64,000 nt of DNA from Oopsacas minuta. Taxonomy: Eukaryota; Animalia; Porifera. Positions 27,201 to 38,690 of this stretch are shown in pieces (position 1 is the stretch's first letter; each line of letters opens with the position of its first letter). The notes beneath the pieces are model-generated. The model saw nothing but the letters and a program-made list of their open reading frames with translations. It had not been told where the DNA came from and did no database searches. The stretch spans positions 1-64,000 of the forward strand of contig JAKMXF010000110.1 in NCBI GenBank assembly GCA_024704765.1. The letters are read 5' to 3'. The translations under genes were made by a program, and so were the position numbers.

Positions 27201-30200
27201 TTCCTAGAAAATCATGAATGAGAATCAAGTAATTTACTTTACATGGCCTTACAAATATTTCAGCTTACATAGTTACATGCCAAAGAACGAATAATCTCAG
27301 TAGTCGCATGTCAACATAGTGAGAGCATTCAATGCGGAGTAGCCAGGATGCAATATAACATGCACTATTGATAAATACTGCATATTGTATTACATCATGA
27401 AAGTGAGTAAATTAGTACTTGGAGGAAATAAACTACATAGAAACTAATTGAAGATTATTTCATAATTAGTTAAAAACACATTCGCTTTTCCATCACCTAT
27501 CCTAGCCTGAAACATATATCCCTAATTGAGAAATATTATTACAGGGAGTAAGACAATTCGCATCACTACAACTCGCACTCACACCAACAACCCCATAAAA
27601 TGCTGCTGATTAATCTGCACTCAAACTGACCTAATATAAATGCTAAGTATCAATATTCCAATAAGATAAATACCACCCAGAGTTGAGAAAATAGCAATAA
27701 GGAAGGTTGTATTGTATTCGTTGTTGTTGTTGGGGCATGTAGCACACTAATAGTATTATTCACTACAAGATACGTTTTGGTGGAACACGACATGAACATA
27801 TGTATTGAAACATTATGCAATTGATATTATAGACTAAGTGCCAGGCTTGGGCCGGGTCATGATTTCCTGACCCGGTGACCCGGTTTCGTTATTTGACCCG
27901 GTTTTTCAAAACATTAATTTTCTATATTACATATCTATATACGTACATAAGAGTATATAGGTATATAAGTATACAGTAGAATGATACCAAACAAGTTTAG
28001 TAAAAATACTAATGATTCATGAAAATGAAACGTCTAACTAATATTGACTGAATCTTTATGATTTTACAAACCGATATAATTAAATTATCTATAAGAATAT
28101 AAACCGGGTCAAGTCAAAATCAGTGACCCGGTTCAGACCCGAAATTTATTGAAAATAGTGACCCGGTTTATTCGTGACCCGGTCCAAGCCTGCTAAGTGC
28201 TACTACCGAAAATAGTATGATGTCATAATGATCATTTAAGAGCAAAATAATAGAATTATGGATATGATATACTAGCTTAATATCTCTCCATATCTTGTTA
28301 CAAATTTAGTTTTGGTATAAAAGGGATCAAATTAATATTATATTTTCATGAACCAACAGTGAAATGTTAGATTTATGGATTAAGATAGCAATAGTTTTAA
28401 TAGTATTGGCAATTATTATTCTATATTGTTTTTTAACAATAGTGTTCTGTTTTTGGTGTATTTACCTTCTTGACGCGATAATACGCAAAAGAAAGTATTA
28501 CATTAGTTCTTCGAGGTGCCTAGAAGGAGAACATAATTCGCATCAGGAATTGTTAGCATACAATGCTAAAACAGAACTTGTAAAGTATGTATTTCTTTAC
28601 TTAATGAATATTCTTGAATGGCTAGGGGCTACTTTTAGCATGATACAAGGTATAATCCCATTAATACATCTATATTATGATCGTGCCAACGCAACTAATG
28701 TACATCATGCGATATTAGGTAATTACAATATACCAGATTTCGATACCTTTTGTATCATACAAAGTATAGTACTCGTTGGAAGCTTGTGTATGTATTTAGC
28801 AGCAAGACAGGCAAAGAAAAGTTGGATAAAAGCAAATAGATTACCCTATATATTTTGCATATTCTTGCTATGCTCAATTGTTACATACATTACGACATCC
28901 TTCTGTTATAACAGTATCATTGGGGAGTGGTTATTCAGTCTACTATTAACAGTTTCGGTTATTTTCGCATTGAAGCAGTATAGAAAGTTAAATATGGTTA
29001 TCAACTGGATAATAGTCGATTTGAAAGTGAGTCAAAGGAAAAAATTGCTAGCGGAACAAATCCGAATGAAAAGAGCATTTAATATAACATTTACAATGCT
29101 CTGGTCAGGAATAATTTTCATTTTAGCATCCGTATATCTATCAGCAGTAACAGAAACACTTGAAATAACTTTCAGAAAATATGATACTTCTGTTTTCTAC
29201 CTATCTCAATGCAAGCATTCGTACGATACTAATCTGGATGTGTACTATATTATCACAATTTTATCATGGTCAGATGTAGTATTATCAATAATAGGTGTGA
29301 ATCTTATCTTCATTCCTTATATCAGCTATGGATTATCAACAATGTTTGTTGTATTGTGGAGACTGTGCAAGGGCAGAACTGGATACAAAACACATTTTCG
29401 CAACCCACTTTATGCTCCTCTGATTTAAACAAGAATTTTGTGATTTTAATAATATGCTACACAATCTACATGTACTTCCTGTGGCCATTAATTATTAATT
29501 GATAATTATTATTCTCTAGTAAATTGAGGGAAATTGTGAATTCGAATTCTTAATTCACAATTAAAGTTTGTTGGTCTGTCTGTATTTTTGCCTGTTGTCA
29601 AGGAAATGATCTATGGTATGTAATTTGAATTGAATATCACAATTCCGAGATGTAGCATAACTATGTCTTAATCATGTTTATAAAGCATAGACTTGCCCCA
29701 ACGACAAATATACGATACGGTTAATATACGGTTATTATACGGTTAATATACGGTTAATATACGGTTAATATACGGTTATTATACGGTTATTATACGGTTA
29801 ATATACGGTTAATATACGGTTATTATACGGTTATTATACGGTTAATATACGGTTAATATACGGTTATTATACGGTTAATCAAGCAAGCTAAATCCGAATT
29901 TTCAGGGTTCTCATTGGTAAATTATGATTTATGATATTAATATCATAATTTTGCTATATTTATAAATCGCTCAATTCAGAGGCAAGAAGTACATGCAAGC
30001 GAAGGTTAATTTCTTAATTTCGGTGGTGCTAGACAAAAAATAGAGGAAATCCTGATTTATCTGACTACACACTCATCTTATAGCCGAAAACTTTGTAGAA
30101 TGCAACCAGGCTTTCATCCAGGAGAACTACGCGCGCCTACAGGCGCGTATTTACAAAAAATTTGTATAGTTAGGAGCTTAAGTTGACTAATTCATAGAAA

Positions 30201-33200
30201 TATCCTCAAGAATAATGAATAATTAATTTTAAATACTTCATAAATCATTGTACTTCATGAAGAATTCATGATAATTTAAGATATGCTAAGAATATAGTTT
30301 GTTGAGTGATTGAATAATACTATGCATCTAAGTTGACTAATGCATTGAAATATCCTCAAGAATAATGAATAATTCAAAATGAATTATTCATTTTTAACCT
30401 AGTGAATAATTCATTATTCATATTCATGAATTATTCATTATTTATGAATTAGTCAACTTAGGTTAGGAGCAAGAAAATTTTGAGAGTTAAGCGCGTGTCA
30501 CGCGTTTAGACTAGGCGCGCTGTATACGCCTAATTTTGACGAATAATGTAATGGTTTACGTAACAATCATAAAGGTCAATTTAATTGTATTATAGTATTT
30601 ATGAAGAATTCAGTTGAATTCATTAATATTGTAAAATATTTTAAAAGGTAAACTATTTATACTTATAGGGAGGAAGCTTGATAAATGATATTTAGGTCGA
30701 GCCCTAATACTACTGGTACTACATAGGAGAAACTTTAATTTTGCTAAGAGAGACAATGAATAGAGATAAATATACAATGTTAGGTCAACAGTTAATTATT
30801 AATGCACAATAAACGTATTTGTTTAGTGAAAGACTCTAGATGACACCTCTGGAATGTAGTATTAATTGTATTATATATAATGGTTATATGTTTTGCTTAA
30901 AATTTAAGTTTGATGCTTCGAAATTCAAATAGTCTAGGCGGGTAAGTGAAATCGAGAACTCATTTAGGCGCGCTGCATATAAAAGCATGAAGAAACCTTG
31001 AATGCAACCTAACGAACAAAAGTGTGAGTAACTCAGTTTGTGACTTGGATGTGCTGTCAATTTATTATAATTATAGAAGTGTATAGTGAGAACAGGGCAT
31101 TTTTATAATTTTTGATGGGGAATTTCTTTATATTTTTACTGGACGCAACAGCATGAAGATACATTAAGATATAATTATTTACTACGTACTCCTGTGTGTG
31201 ATGGTTGAAAGAAGGGTACATAGTTCAGTTGTAAGTAGAAGAAGTCTTTAGAAGAACGTAGGTATCTTAGAGTAGCTGCTGATAAGTCTACATGAGAGCA
31301 AAGAGTGTATAGCACCTGGTAAGCAAGCTGTGAGAATATAGGAGCATATGAATGACATGTAAAGTGGTTGGATGCAGTTGGAGGAGGAGAGATAAGATAG
31401 AGGATAGCGTGTAGACAGGTGCGTTGATTGCCGGCTATACCTGAAAGGAATTTCATTCATAAATTAGATGGCAATTACAAGTACAAGCGTAAGTTCATTA
31501 ATCTATGAGGCCATGGGGTATCCGGAATTGTTTGGAATCGTAATTATCTAACCATAAACCCAAATGTGTAATTAGAAGTGAATTGCCCTATTCCGGCTCT
31601 TCTGTGTTTTGTAAGGAGGAAAAATCCTGTTTTCTACAATGATATTTTCTGGTAAACACTGTCATATAAGGTTTGTAATCAGTCGAATTATCACTTGCCA
31701 ACTTTGACATCATACAAAAATACAAATTCAACGGGCAAATACATATAACTCCCTGATATTGTCGCAATTAGAGCCATTTTGGGTGGGCACGTGCCAGATT
31801 TGGCTCCATCATTATACAAAATTATAGGACGGGTGGGCATGACGTCATATTTCTCCACCCTGACTCATAAGTCCAGTTGCACTAATGCTCCCTGAGAATT
31901 AGTAGTAATCATAATAGAGTAAGAAAAGTAACACAATCAAACCTGGATCTTGCAGTACAGTGTCCCTCACAGGAGCCCTTGTTTCAAACCCCAACAGAAA
32001 GTGAGCTAGATTGGGTGCGGGAGTGTTGATGTTAATAAGGATCAGCTGTAGGATTCTGATACGGATATGACTGCTTGTAATTGAGCTAGTTACATTTCTA
32101 TCTTCTACAAGATGGAATATTAAAAAGGAGTAAACACTCTTACAATTCTAAGTAAGTATATATTATCAAAACATACTTATCAACACATTTACAAATTTCC
32201 CGGGGTTTTACACGAAAATATCTAGAATTTTCCAAAATAGAAATTCCCCAGGACATGGAGTGAAACCCCCGGACGGTTGGCAAGTAGGGCTGAAGTGAAT
32301 TTCGAAATCATTACAAATGAATGTTTTACTAAACGAAATAATACTCGAAAATTCGTTCGTAAGCATATAACACCCTCAACGGAATATCAGATCAAATTCC
32401 AGATATATGTGAGCTTAACGCTATCAAATAGATAATTAGTACTGAAATGTCTACATAGATAATTCTGCTCAGGTGATAGGCAGTAGATGTCAACATGTTC
32501 TGTAAAATATATGAAGATAGGTTGTCTTACTACTTCTACTAATCAATTGACAGTTTTATATTCCTACTCAACCAGAGAAGAATCTATCTCTTAACCACTT
32601 TAAGAAATAAACGAGAAGAGATAAGAGCTAATCAGGTGGCAAGTCAGCAAATGAAGCAACCGTTAGAAGAGACCGCTCTCATGTGATAGGTAAATGTCAC
32701 ACAATCTGCTCCACTACATATCAGATAGAATTATGGTGGAACTCATCTCAAGCACTGAGGTTTTTTGTGACACAAAAGAACTCGAGGAGAGCAATTCCAG
32801 TCTAGGAGAGATCACCAAAAACGAGATCCTTCCCATCCTTCCTATGTCAGTAATCCCTAATTACCTGTATTCCAACAGCCAAATGTTGCTGCTGGGAAAT
32901 AAGGATCAGCTCCTGAGGAGTTTAATGGGGCACGAAGTGTCACAATTAACCTTGAATCTGGACACATTTATGTGGCAATATGTGCAACAGTCATATCCAA
33001 ATATTCTCTCAGACAGGAGTCCATATATCAACCATTAGGTGATCAACATTAGAAACATCCATGGGGTATCCTAATCTATGAGGATAACATTTATGTCACG
33101 GACAGAGAACATCACGCTATCTTCTTATTCAAGCTACCTGACCTAACAATGATAAAGCAAGTAGGGAAGGGAAGATCTGATAACCAAGAATTCAATCATC

Positions 33201-36200
33201 CTAGACAACTCGCCATCTCTTCGAATCAACACCTATATGTGTCAGATGATGAAGACGACAGACTCCAAATCCTAACTACTATCCTGGAATTTCAAGACTA
33301 GCTACAACGCCAAACTATGACTCTACCTGTTGATGTAAAGTTCTCAAACAATGAAATATTTGTGTGAGATTTGATGATAATCCATGCATTCACGTGTTTA
33401 CTATGTCAGGAGAGAATTCCGGTCCTTAGTTACCAGAGGACTAGGAATGCAAGTTGGAGCAGCATTATTCTTCTGTTTATATGGACATAACAACATTCTC
33501 ATAAGCAACCGCTTAGCTCACGATATAAAAGTATATTCACTAGAAGGAGACTTCCTACATAAGATAGCACAGAGAGGACATAAAGCGGGAATGTTTCAAA
33601 ACCCTTACGGCATTACAATACACAACAACAAAAACTCATTTGTATTTCTTCTAACATGAATTACCATGTGTACGCATATTTTCTAACAAATTGTATTACT
33701 ACTATTTCAAACATTAAATTAGCTCATTAACTGGTTTATTAACTACTAGAGCACTCGCTTGCTAGATCGCTGCGTGACGGGTAGATGTATCCTTGAGCAT
33801 TATGCCTTGTTTGAACTTAAGTATGAAACAGCCAGAGCATTAAAGGAGCGCACACACTGCAGCGCGCTACTATATAATTGCAAACAACTTACAAATATCA
33901 TCATGATTCTGCAAAGATTCAGTATTCTTGCTATAAGAAGTGGATGCTGGGACAATTTTGTATAATCTACAATTTATTGAAATGGTTTGATGTTGCACAT
34001 TTCAATGGTTAAATTCAATCCTGATGACTTAAAATACAAATCTAATGAGAATCTGAAAGAATGAAAAGGAGAGAGATTGGAGCGTGTCCATCGCTCTATT
34101 TGGTAATTAGTGTGTATAATAGTAAATTTCTTGCAAAATACGATTAGCTAATAGGGGTTTCCACCGTATTCGTTTAGCTTACTTTCGACAAGTATGAGAA
34201 AATTAATGAAAGTCTTACAAATGAATAAGTTTAATCAATTAAGTAATATTACTATAGAATAAATCATTATATTAATTAATTTTAGGTTTTTGTGATGAAG
34301 AAACTAATCATAATTATAATTTATTAAACTTTCAGTTCATAATAGAAGTTAGATTACATGAATGTATACTAAAACAATTTCTAAAAAAAGTGTGGAATAT
34401 AGAGTAAAAGCAGTCTTGCCAATTTTTTATTAATGAATCTTGCATATATAAATAAGGAGGATGTCACGAATTAGTTATAATTATTGAACAAATGAATTAT
34501 ACAAGCATTCCTGAGGATAAAATCGCAGTACCAATAGTGCTATCTTTAGTGTGTTTCATATTCTGTGTGTTAGCTACAATAGTTTTAGTATATTTTGTAC
34601 ACAGAAGATACTCTTTGTGTTTAGAAATAAAGGAATTAACTTCTGAAAAACTATGGTTTGCTAGCTACCATAATCATATGAAGAATCTTAAAATACAAGT
34701 CATGATATCAAATTTCATTATTCTAATCATCCTTATAGAAATACTGAATAATATTGCAAATATTTTTATTAACGTTGGTTTAGTACTGCCTTACTACCCA
34801 GAAATTATATCCACGGCGATATATGTCAGATGTTACTCACAGTACTGCTATGTACCTCTTCTGTGCCTGCTGTTGAAGGTAATCTGGTTAGCATATTTTC
34901 ATGTTCCGTACAAATACACAATAATGAGATGGATAGCTTATATTGTCCTTAGATCAATACTTATCTACCTTGTATATGGAAGGGTATTAAGCGAGTTAGG
35001 TACAAGTTACGATCTGCCTATATCTATATTTTACTTGAACATGATGACAGCCTTCATAACCGTGGACCTGATTACATATTTGGTATATTCTCGCCGGTTA
35101 TATCTACATTTGAAAAGCAGAGAGTTGGAAGCTAAGTTATTCATGGATAGAACGCAATATCTCCAAAATAAAAACATTCGTATTCATTTCATGGTTGCCA
35201 CTATCCTCGTCGCATTAGCACTTTTCTTCTACAATTTGATGAGTATTTTAAGTAGCATATCCGTTGTAGTAACATGTATTTTGTATCTTTTTTCCTTTAA
35301 AACATTCCTAGATGAATGGTATCTACTTGATCAATGGATAAATACCTACGCCATGGAATCTTGTCAGATAATGTACAGAATACTGTTAAACCTGAATTAC
35401 TTGTATGTATTCTTAGCAATAGTGTATAAGTATTGTAGACAGAAACGCAACCTGAAGAGAGTAAATGATAGTATCAGACCTATTGTCAGAGGATATCAAG
35501 ATAAGCTATACTCCAGATACAATAGATATTATTAAAGGAATCATTGAATTATTAGTAGATTATTGTCCTATATTTATTAAAAATTATAGATTTGTATAAT
35601 ATTTGATATTAATGTGTACACTTTTATCAAGTCAAACAGGTGAATAGGGCTAAAAGAGCTCTTTTATATCCCTGGTTCATGTCTATTTGGTGCAGCTATC
35701 AGTATATATTATTAACAAGATAGAGAATGTACCTTTTGAAAGAATATCACTCTCTTCATAAGTCTCCCAATCCTCTACTTCTACTCTCTGAATGAATCCA
35801 GCTAGAATATCACTAGACACCAGTGGGTCATGTGTCAGTATGAAACACAACTGTTTTGCTATAGAAGGGTTGTTTGAGACTGAACATAGAATGTTAACAG
35901 CTGAGAGAGCTAGTTCTGGGGAGAACAGTTGCAAACTCACAAACCTAGAAAATCAATAGTTAACAAATGTATAAACATATTTCGAGTTCGTTTATCAATA
36001 TATTCATGCAATACAAGACTACAACTGACATAGTGATAACCATGAGATGATCAGCTCGGTTAGTAGTTGGATTCAATCCTAACAGAAGGGAGTCGAGTGA
36101 AGAGAGGAGAGCATGACTTCCTACACTACTGTTAAGCTTCCTGAACACTTCTCCCTTCTCTAGTCCTTCCTCCAACAGCTGTAGACTGAGCAGACAAGCC

Positions 36201-38105
36201 CTGTCTACGTGGTGAGATTTGACAGCTAGACAGCAAATAAATTGAATTAACGTGCAAGCTTTCATATTCCATAATATTAGAATTTCAGGCTTAAGAAATC
36301 CTATAAAAACTAATCTATAAATGAAATGTTGTCAGACTACATTGATTTGCTAATTGCTTAAATATGTCCCCAAAGTTCTACAAATTATTTGTGTGCTCGG
36401 ATGCCAGAATTTCGTTACAGAAATATGTTGAATCGGTTCATTTTCAGGCGCTCCTCTAGTTGTTGGAATGGATTTTTGCCATGGATCAATGCCGAGAAAC
36501 GAAATGTATGAAATCCCTGAGTACTGTATGGATATTAACTGAATTAAGAATAAATGTACGAGTTTTGAGTACCTCTAACATCATCCTCTTCTTTAAGAAT
36601 TTTAAATCCAGAATGCAGAGTAGCTAACAGCTGATGCAAGAAAGGAGAGTCGTGTAGTAAATTCATAAGTACAATAGAACCAGCACTATCAGACATAATC
36701 ACTTCATCTGACATTCTAGTAGGTATTGATTCTGGAGAGTATGCCTTCACAAGTTTTACGATAATCTGTAATACATCACAAAGCATCTCCCACTACATAT
36801 AAGGTATTTATAATTACAGTCAACTCCTGTTATAACCCAGTCCGATATTACGTGATTCTTTACCACCAATAGCTTGAAATTAATAGATTTACTATATATC
36901 ATAATAGCTGGAGATTATCTTACTTTTTCTTCTGGATTATGATAGGTTCTCTTGTTAATATTGAGGTACACTTCGTCAATAAGGAAGTTGAGATAGTTAG
37001 TGAAGTTTAATTTGTCAGGTATTGGGTGCTCAGTCAGCTGGTCTAGAAGGTGTAGAAAACCGCAGGTTTCAGGGTATGTTTCATTTCTAGATTCAACTTT
37101 CTGTAATTCAAGCTAGAAATGTGAAGAGGATAAATTATATCTCAAAAACAATCAAATAATTCTTACAATTATTCCTTGTGTGTATTTAGTAGGCTGTATC
37201 TCTGGCTTAGCAATAATATTAATTCCTTCCAGAGCCTGCCATGTGAGAACCCCAATCTCTGGAGATATGTTCAGATTAGCCAATAAATTGAATATCTCAG
37301 CTTTAAGAGTACAAGGAATTGGACAGGCTACTAGAGAGGTTAATGTTTGTAGAGGCTGCCAGGTAGGATGCTCTATCAATGAGATACGAACTGTTTGATC
37401 CTAAACCAGATAAGAGAATATAACGTAATTAGTTTGAATAAATGTATTATAATGAATAAACCGTTTGTAGCTGTCGGCATTTTCATACTAGGCATATACC
37501 TCTTCTCATAGTGATTATCGTTTTGCGTTTTTGCGGATTACAAAACTCATTTTTGCTTCAGTAATTTGGATAATCAGGAATTTCTGCAAATTTAAGTAAC
37601 GTAGCCCAGTTTATTCACCCTTACAGTTATTTTGCTAGCCATCAAGTATATTTATTGCAGAAAGAGGAAACAGCAGTTCATGAAAAGAAATTGATCCTCA
37701 ATGAATAATTTGAATATACTAAAATGCTACACTAGGGGGTTGACAATTCATATTATCCACGGTATCATGCAAATATATGTTAGAGCTAGTTCAACATACC
37801 CATTTGGCTAAAGATGCCAATAATTTTAATACAGCATTCATAGCTTCTAATTCATTAGATGTCATGTGAGCCTGACCAACTGTTCCGTGTACAGAGAAAC
37901 TATTCGCGTACTGCTTCATAGAGTTGAAAAGATGGTCTAAACTAACATAGCTGCCAGTGTAGGAAGAGAATGCACGTAGCAGAGCGAAGCAATGCTGAGC
38001 ACTTGCAGGGCCACAGGATAATCCGTTCAGCATGGTTAAGTACACAGTAAACATGTCCGGCTGGAGATGTTCTCCATACGAACGCACAAAGTTGAAAAGT
38101 GCGGT
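16644..38105 (-). CDS. NUP205: Nuclear pore complex protein Nup205 (middle and C-terminal exons; 5' exons lie upstream of 38105; exact 3' end unresolved)
   Basis: Phase-consistent exons: 38105-37800, 37400-37167, 37112-36924, 36792-36573, 36225-36030, 35944-35733, 32104-31943, 31440-31190, 24394-23906, 23612-23421, 23363-23084, 20532-20405, 20281-20093, 19826-19741, 19252-19090, 18448-18256, 17968-17768, 17647-17576, 17395-17310, an unresolved exon ending at 17036, then 16946-about 16761. Recalled Nup205-like motifs occur in order: [108 protein letters not shown]. Confidence 0.88.
18717..18936. mobile_element. MITE-like repeat in a NUP205 intron, with a diverged second copy at about 18070-18200
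   Basis: TIRs ctaaaagtgccg / cggcactttag. The internal segment ttggatgtgg...cagg..tcgagttgtt is shared with the neighbouring intron. Confidence 0.5.
20975..21076. mobile_element. 102-bp hAT-like MITE with a perfect 8-bp TSD
   Basis: TIRs cagcggttcccaac / gttgggcaccgctg. TSD ctctagga on both sides. Confidence 0.9.
21489..22643 (+). CDS. Orphan intronless 7TM-like membrane protein (384 aa), nested antisense in NUP205 intron 23083-20533
   Basis: Seven hydrophobic segments by eye, with a basic loop between TM5 and TM6. Shares KF....I..EW and IPY patterns with 28364-29428. Confidence 0.8.
   Translation: MMDRNNSDYHNFIDTVYEYVSAICGCTVSIFLFLIMVLSFIWAIYFIFRLIKEYNYLKYLMKIRNSFLEDSWLSIVKNSKRKIVKAKFIITICITEWTIGIYLFISAMATDSTYITSEKSHQGIYQKNNLYFLIHASLDQKSAWSFMMIIILILLMLVRSLTRYLRQQYSFYKDKSSDFRTALKYKLPLIFFIFLLGLFPQTIVIQWILYFGSFSYELVCYTKECNKLCNLLYNRYFDAKTHEYQSKYIVRFYRGVYLEFKIGSCMLIMSFFLQLISSMSMSILYSVRLMLISPNNWLQILFMKGKIDNSLSAYQLQEVDLFSKSYTMVQLFLLSMSEGLLVIPYVIVSVKILCTAIKSYFNQNRDYENHDLIRRLIDNNNRAY
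24944..25663 (+). CDS. Signal-peptide-bearing cysteine phosphatase (PTP/DSP-like, CX5R), intronless, nested in a NUP205 intron
   Basis: N-terminus [20 protein letters not shown] resembles a signal peptide. Catalytic loop [13 protein letters not shown], with NYLFRGNMP upstream. Confidence 0.8.
   Translation: MKFKILILAIFCYINVPVLGEDFHPIRTRLIDTFKGKYNINYLFRGNMPVLDNKFCYDKLMQNLGEVLQKHNMTLPTNSYMLDITYINSYIPGESKDYGIEELFWDENSNLGRLLHWPIIGSTIRPPGDNTVIKFVIKEYMERSIDRLDLKLPSLHHLLTTEYADVSLIIYTHCEAGVDRTGEVSGAYYMQFLNVTFENAVKVDNSIINRDMYVDSRNELQWYCYYLKFVKGVKNLVCV
26242..26844 (-). CDS. CDC42: Cdc42-like Rho GTPase, intronless (200 aa), nested on the same strand in a NUP205 intron
   Basis: [33 protein letters not shown], the Cdc42-type TQID, ECSAK, and a polybasic tail with CAAX (CLLL). 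Orthologue versus paralogue is not resolved. Confidence 0.88.
   Translation of the reverse strand: MEKRAIKCVIVGDGAVGKTSMLMTYATNQFPFEYRPTVFDNYAVNVDIAGNTYILGLFDTAGQEDYDRLRPLTYPMTDIFLVAFSVIYMPTFENVREKWVPEIAHHCPNVPFILVGTQIDLRDDNNTVTALAKSRLKPIETASGHKLALELQRKGYHCVQYLECSAKTRVGLKDVFDEAILAYLTPPGGKEKKKRKCLLL
27842..28192. mobile_element. hAT-like MITE with a perfect 8-bp TSD and subterminal TGACCCGG repeats
   Basis: TIRs caggcttgggccgggtca / tgacccggtccaagcctg. TSD ctaagtgc at 27834-27841 and 28193-28200. Several gacccgg motifs near both ends. Confidence 0.92.
28364..29428 (+). CDS. Orphan intronless 7TM-like membrane protein (354 aa), nested antisense in NUP205 intron 31189-24395
   Basis: Seven hydrophobic segments. 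[13 protein letters not shown] and FIPY motifs align with the 21489 paralogue. Confidence 0.8.
   Translation: MLDLWIKIAIVLIVLAIIILYCFLTIVFCFWCIYLLDAIIRKRKYYISSSRCLEGEHNSHQELLAYNAKTELVKYVFLYLMNILEWLGATFSMIQGIIPLIHLYYDRANATNVHHAILGNYNIPDFDTFCIIQSIVLVGSLCMYLAARQAKKSWIKANRLPYIFCIFLLCSIVTYITTSFCYNSIIGEWLFSLLLTVSVIFALKQYRKLNMVINWIIVDLKVSQRKKLLAEQIRMKRAFNITFTMLWSGIIFILASVYLSAVTETLEITFRKYDTSVFYLSQCKHSYDTNLDVYYIITILSWSDVVLSIIGVNLIFIPYISYGLSTMFVVLWRLCKGRTGYKTHFRNPLYAPLI
29715..29879. repeat. Minisatellite of 15 x 11-bp units, ATACGGTTA(A/T)T
   Basis: Unit order ABAAABBAABBAABA, where A=atacggttaat and B=atacggttatt. Confidence 0.95.
30178..30461. mobile_element. Mutator-like (9-bp TSD) non-autonomous element with an internal direct duplication
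   Basis: TIRs ttaagttgactaattcat / atgaattagtcaacttag. TSD gttaggagc at 30169-30177 and 30462-30470. The segment gaaatatcctcaagaataatgaataatt occurs twice inside. Confidence 0.8.
32694..33686 (+). pseudogene. Decayed NHL-repeat gene nested antisense in NUP205 intron 35732-32105
   Basis: NHL motifs across frames (HIQIFSQTG; [17 protein letters not shown]; [19 protein letters not shown]; [13 protein letters not shown]; [10 protein letters not shown]), broken by at least 3 stops and at least 3 frameshifts. Confidence 0.85.
34492..35535 (+). CDS. Orphan intronless 7TM-like membrane protein (347 aa), nested antisense in NUP205 intron 35732-32105
   Basis: Seven hydrophobic segments, short N-terminus, [10 protein letters not shown] in TM2, basic loop [10 protein letters not shown], and C-terminal RPIVRGY...RYY. 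Confidence 0.8.
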   Translation: MNYTSIPEDKIAVPIVLSLVCFIFCVLATIVLVYFVHRRYSLCLEIKELTSEKLWFASYHNHMKNLKIQVMISNFIILIILIEILNNIANIFINVGLVLPYYPEIISTAIYVRCYSQYCYVPLLCLLLKVIWLAYFHVPYKYTIMRWIAYIVLRSILIYLVYGRVLSELGTSYDLPISIFYLNMMTAFITVDLITYLVYSRRLYLHLKSRELEAKLFMDRTQYLQNKNIRIHFMVATILVALALFFYNLMSILSSISVVVTCILYLFSFKTFLDEWYLLDQWINTYAMESCQIMYRILLNLNYLYVFLAIVYKYCRQKRNLKRVNDSIRPIVRGYQDKLYSRYNRYY

Positions 38106-38690
38106 CTAAACAAAAGGAAGAGAGCATATTAACATTTATTACACAATATGGTATAATAAAACTCAAATGATTTATTAAAGGGATAAATTCTAGTAATTTT
38201 TATGGAATTAACAAAATGTTATGCTTTCATTGCAACAATCATAAACAAGTTATGCAATAAAAATTATAATTTTCTATGAATACTGCTAAAGATTGAAACT
38301 ATTAAATAATCTTAGCTGACAAAGTCAATTATGAAAAAATACTAATAAGTATTTTTTTGTTAATTCGTAGGCTGACAGGAAATAATTCGAGAAACATTTT
38401 AAGCGATTTTCGTGCAGCCAAATTTCTATAACCTCACATAATTGCCGTTGACTCACATGTTCCATGACCTCAATTAAGTTGGCCTTAAATAATTCGAAAT
38501 TTGTGTTAGGTGTGTAAGATTAAGTGTACAGACACAACAGGACAAGCAAAAAATCTACGTGTTTGTATAGGTTATGATCATAATATACAAACTAGTGGAT
38601 CCACACAGATAAATATACACGAATAGTCTGAACACATAGAAACTAAAGAGACCGATAACAAATCTATTTATGAAGTAATCATAAGCTAGT

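Noticed and set aside
27334-27348. 14-nt match (cggagtagccagga) to the NUP205 exon at about 24326, suggesting a duplicated or alternative exon
   Set aside because: The frame is closed upstream with no usable acceptor, and a match of this length is plausible by chance in 64 kb.
29715-29879. Repeat array as a CRISPR
   Set aside because: The units are contiguous 11-mers with no spacers, there are no cas genes, and the context is eukaryotic.
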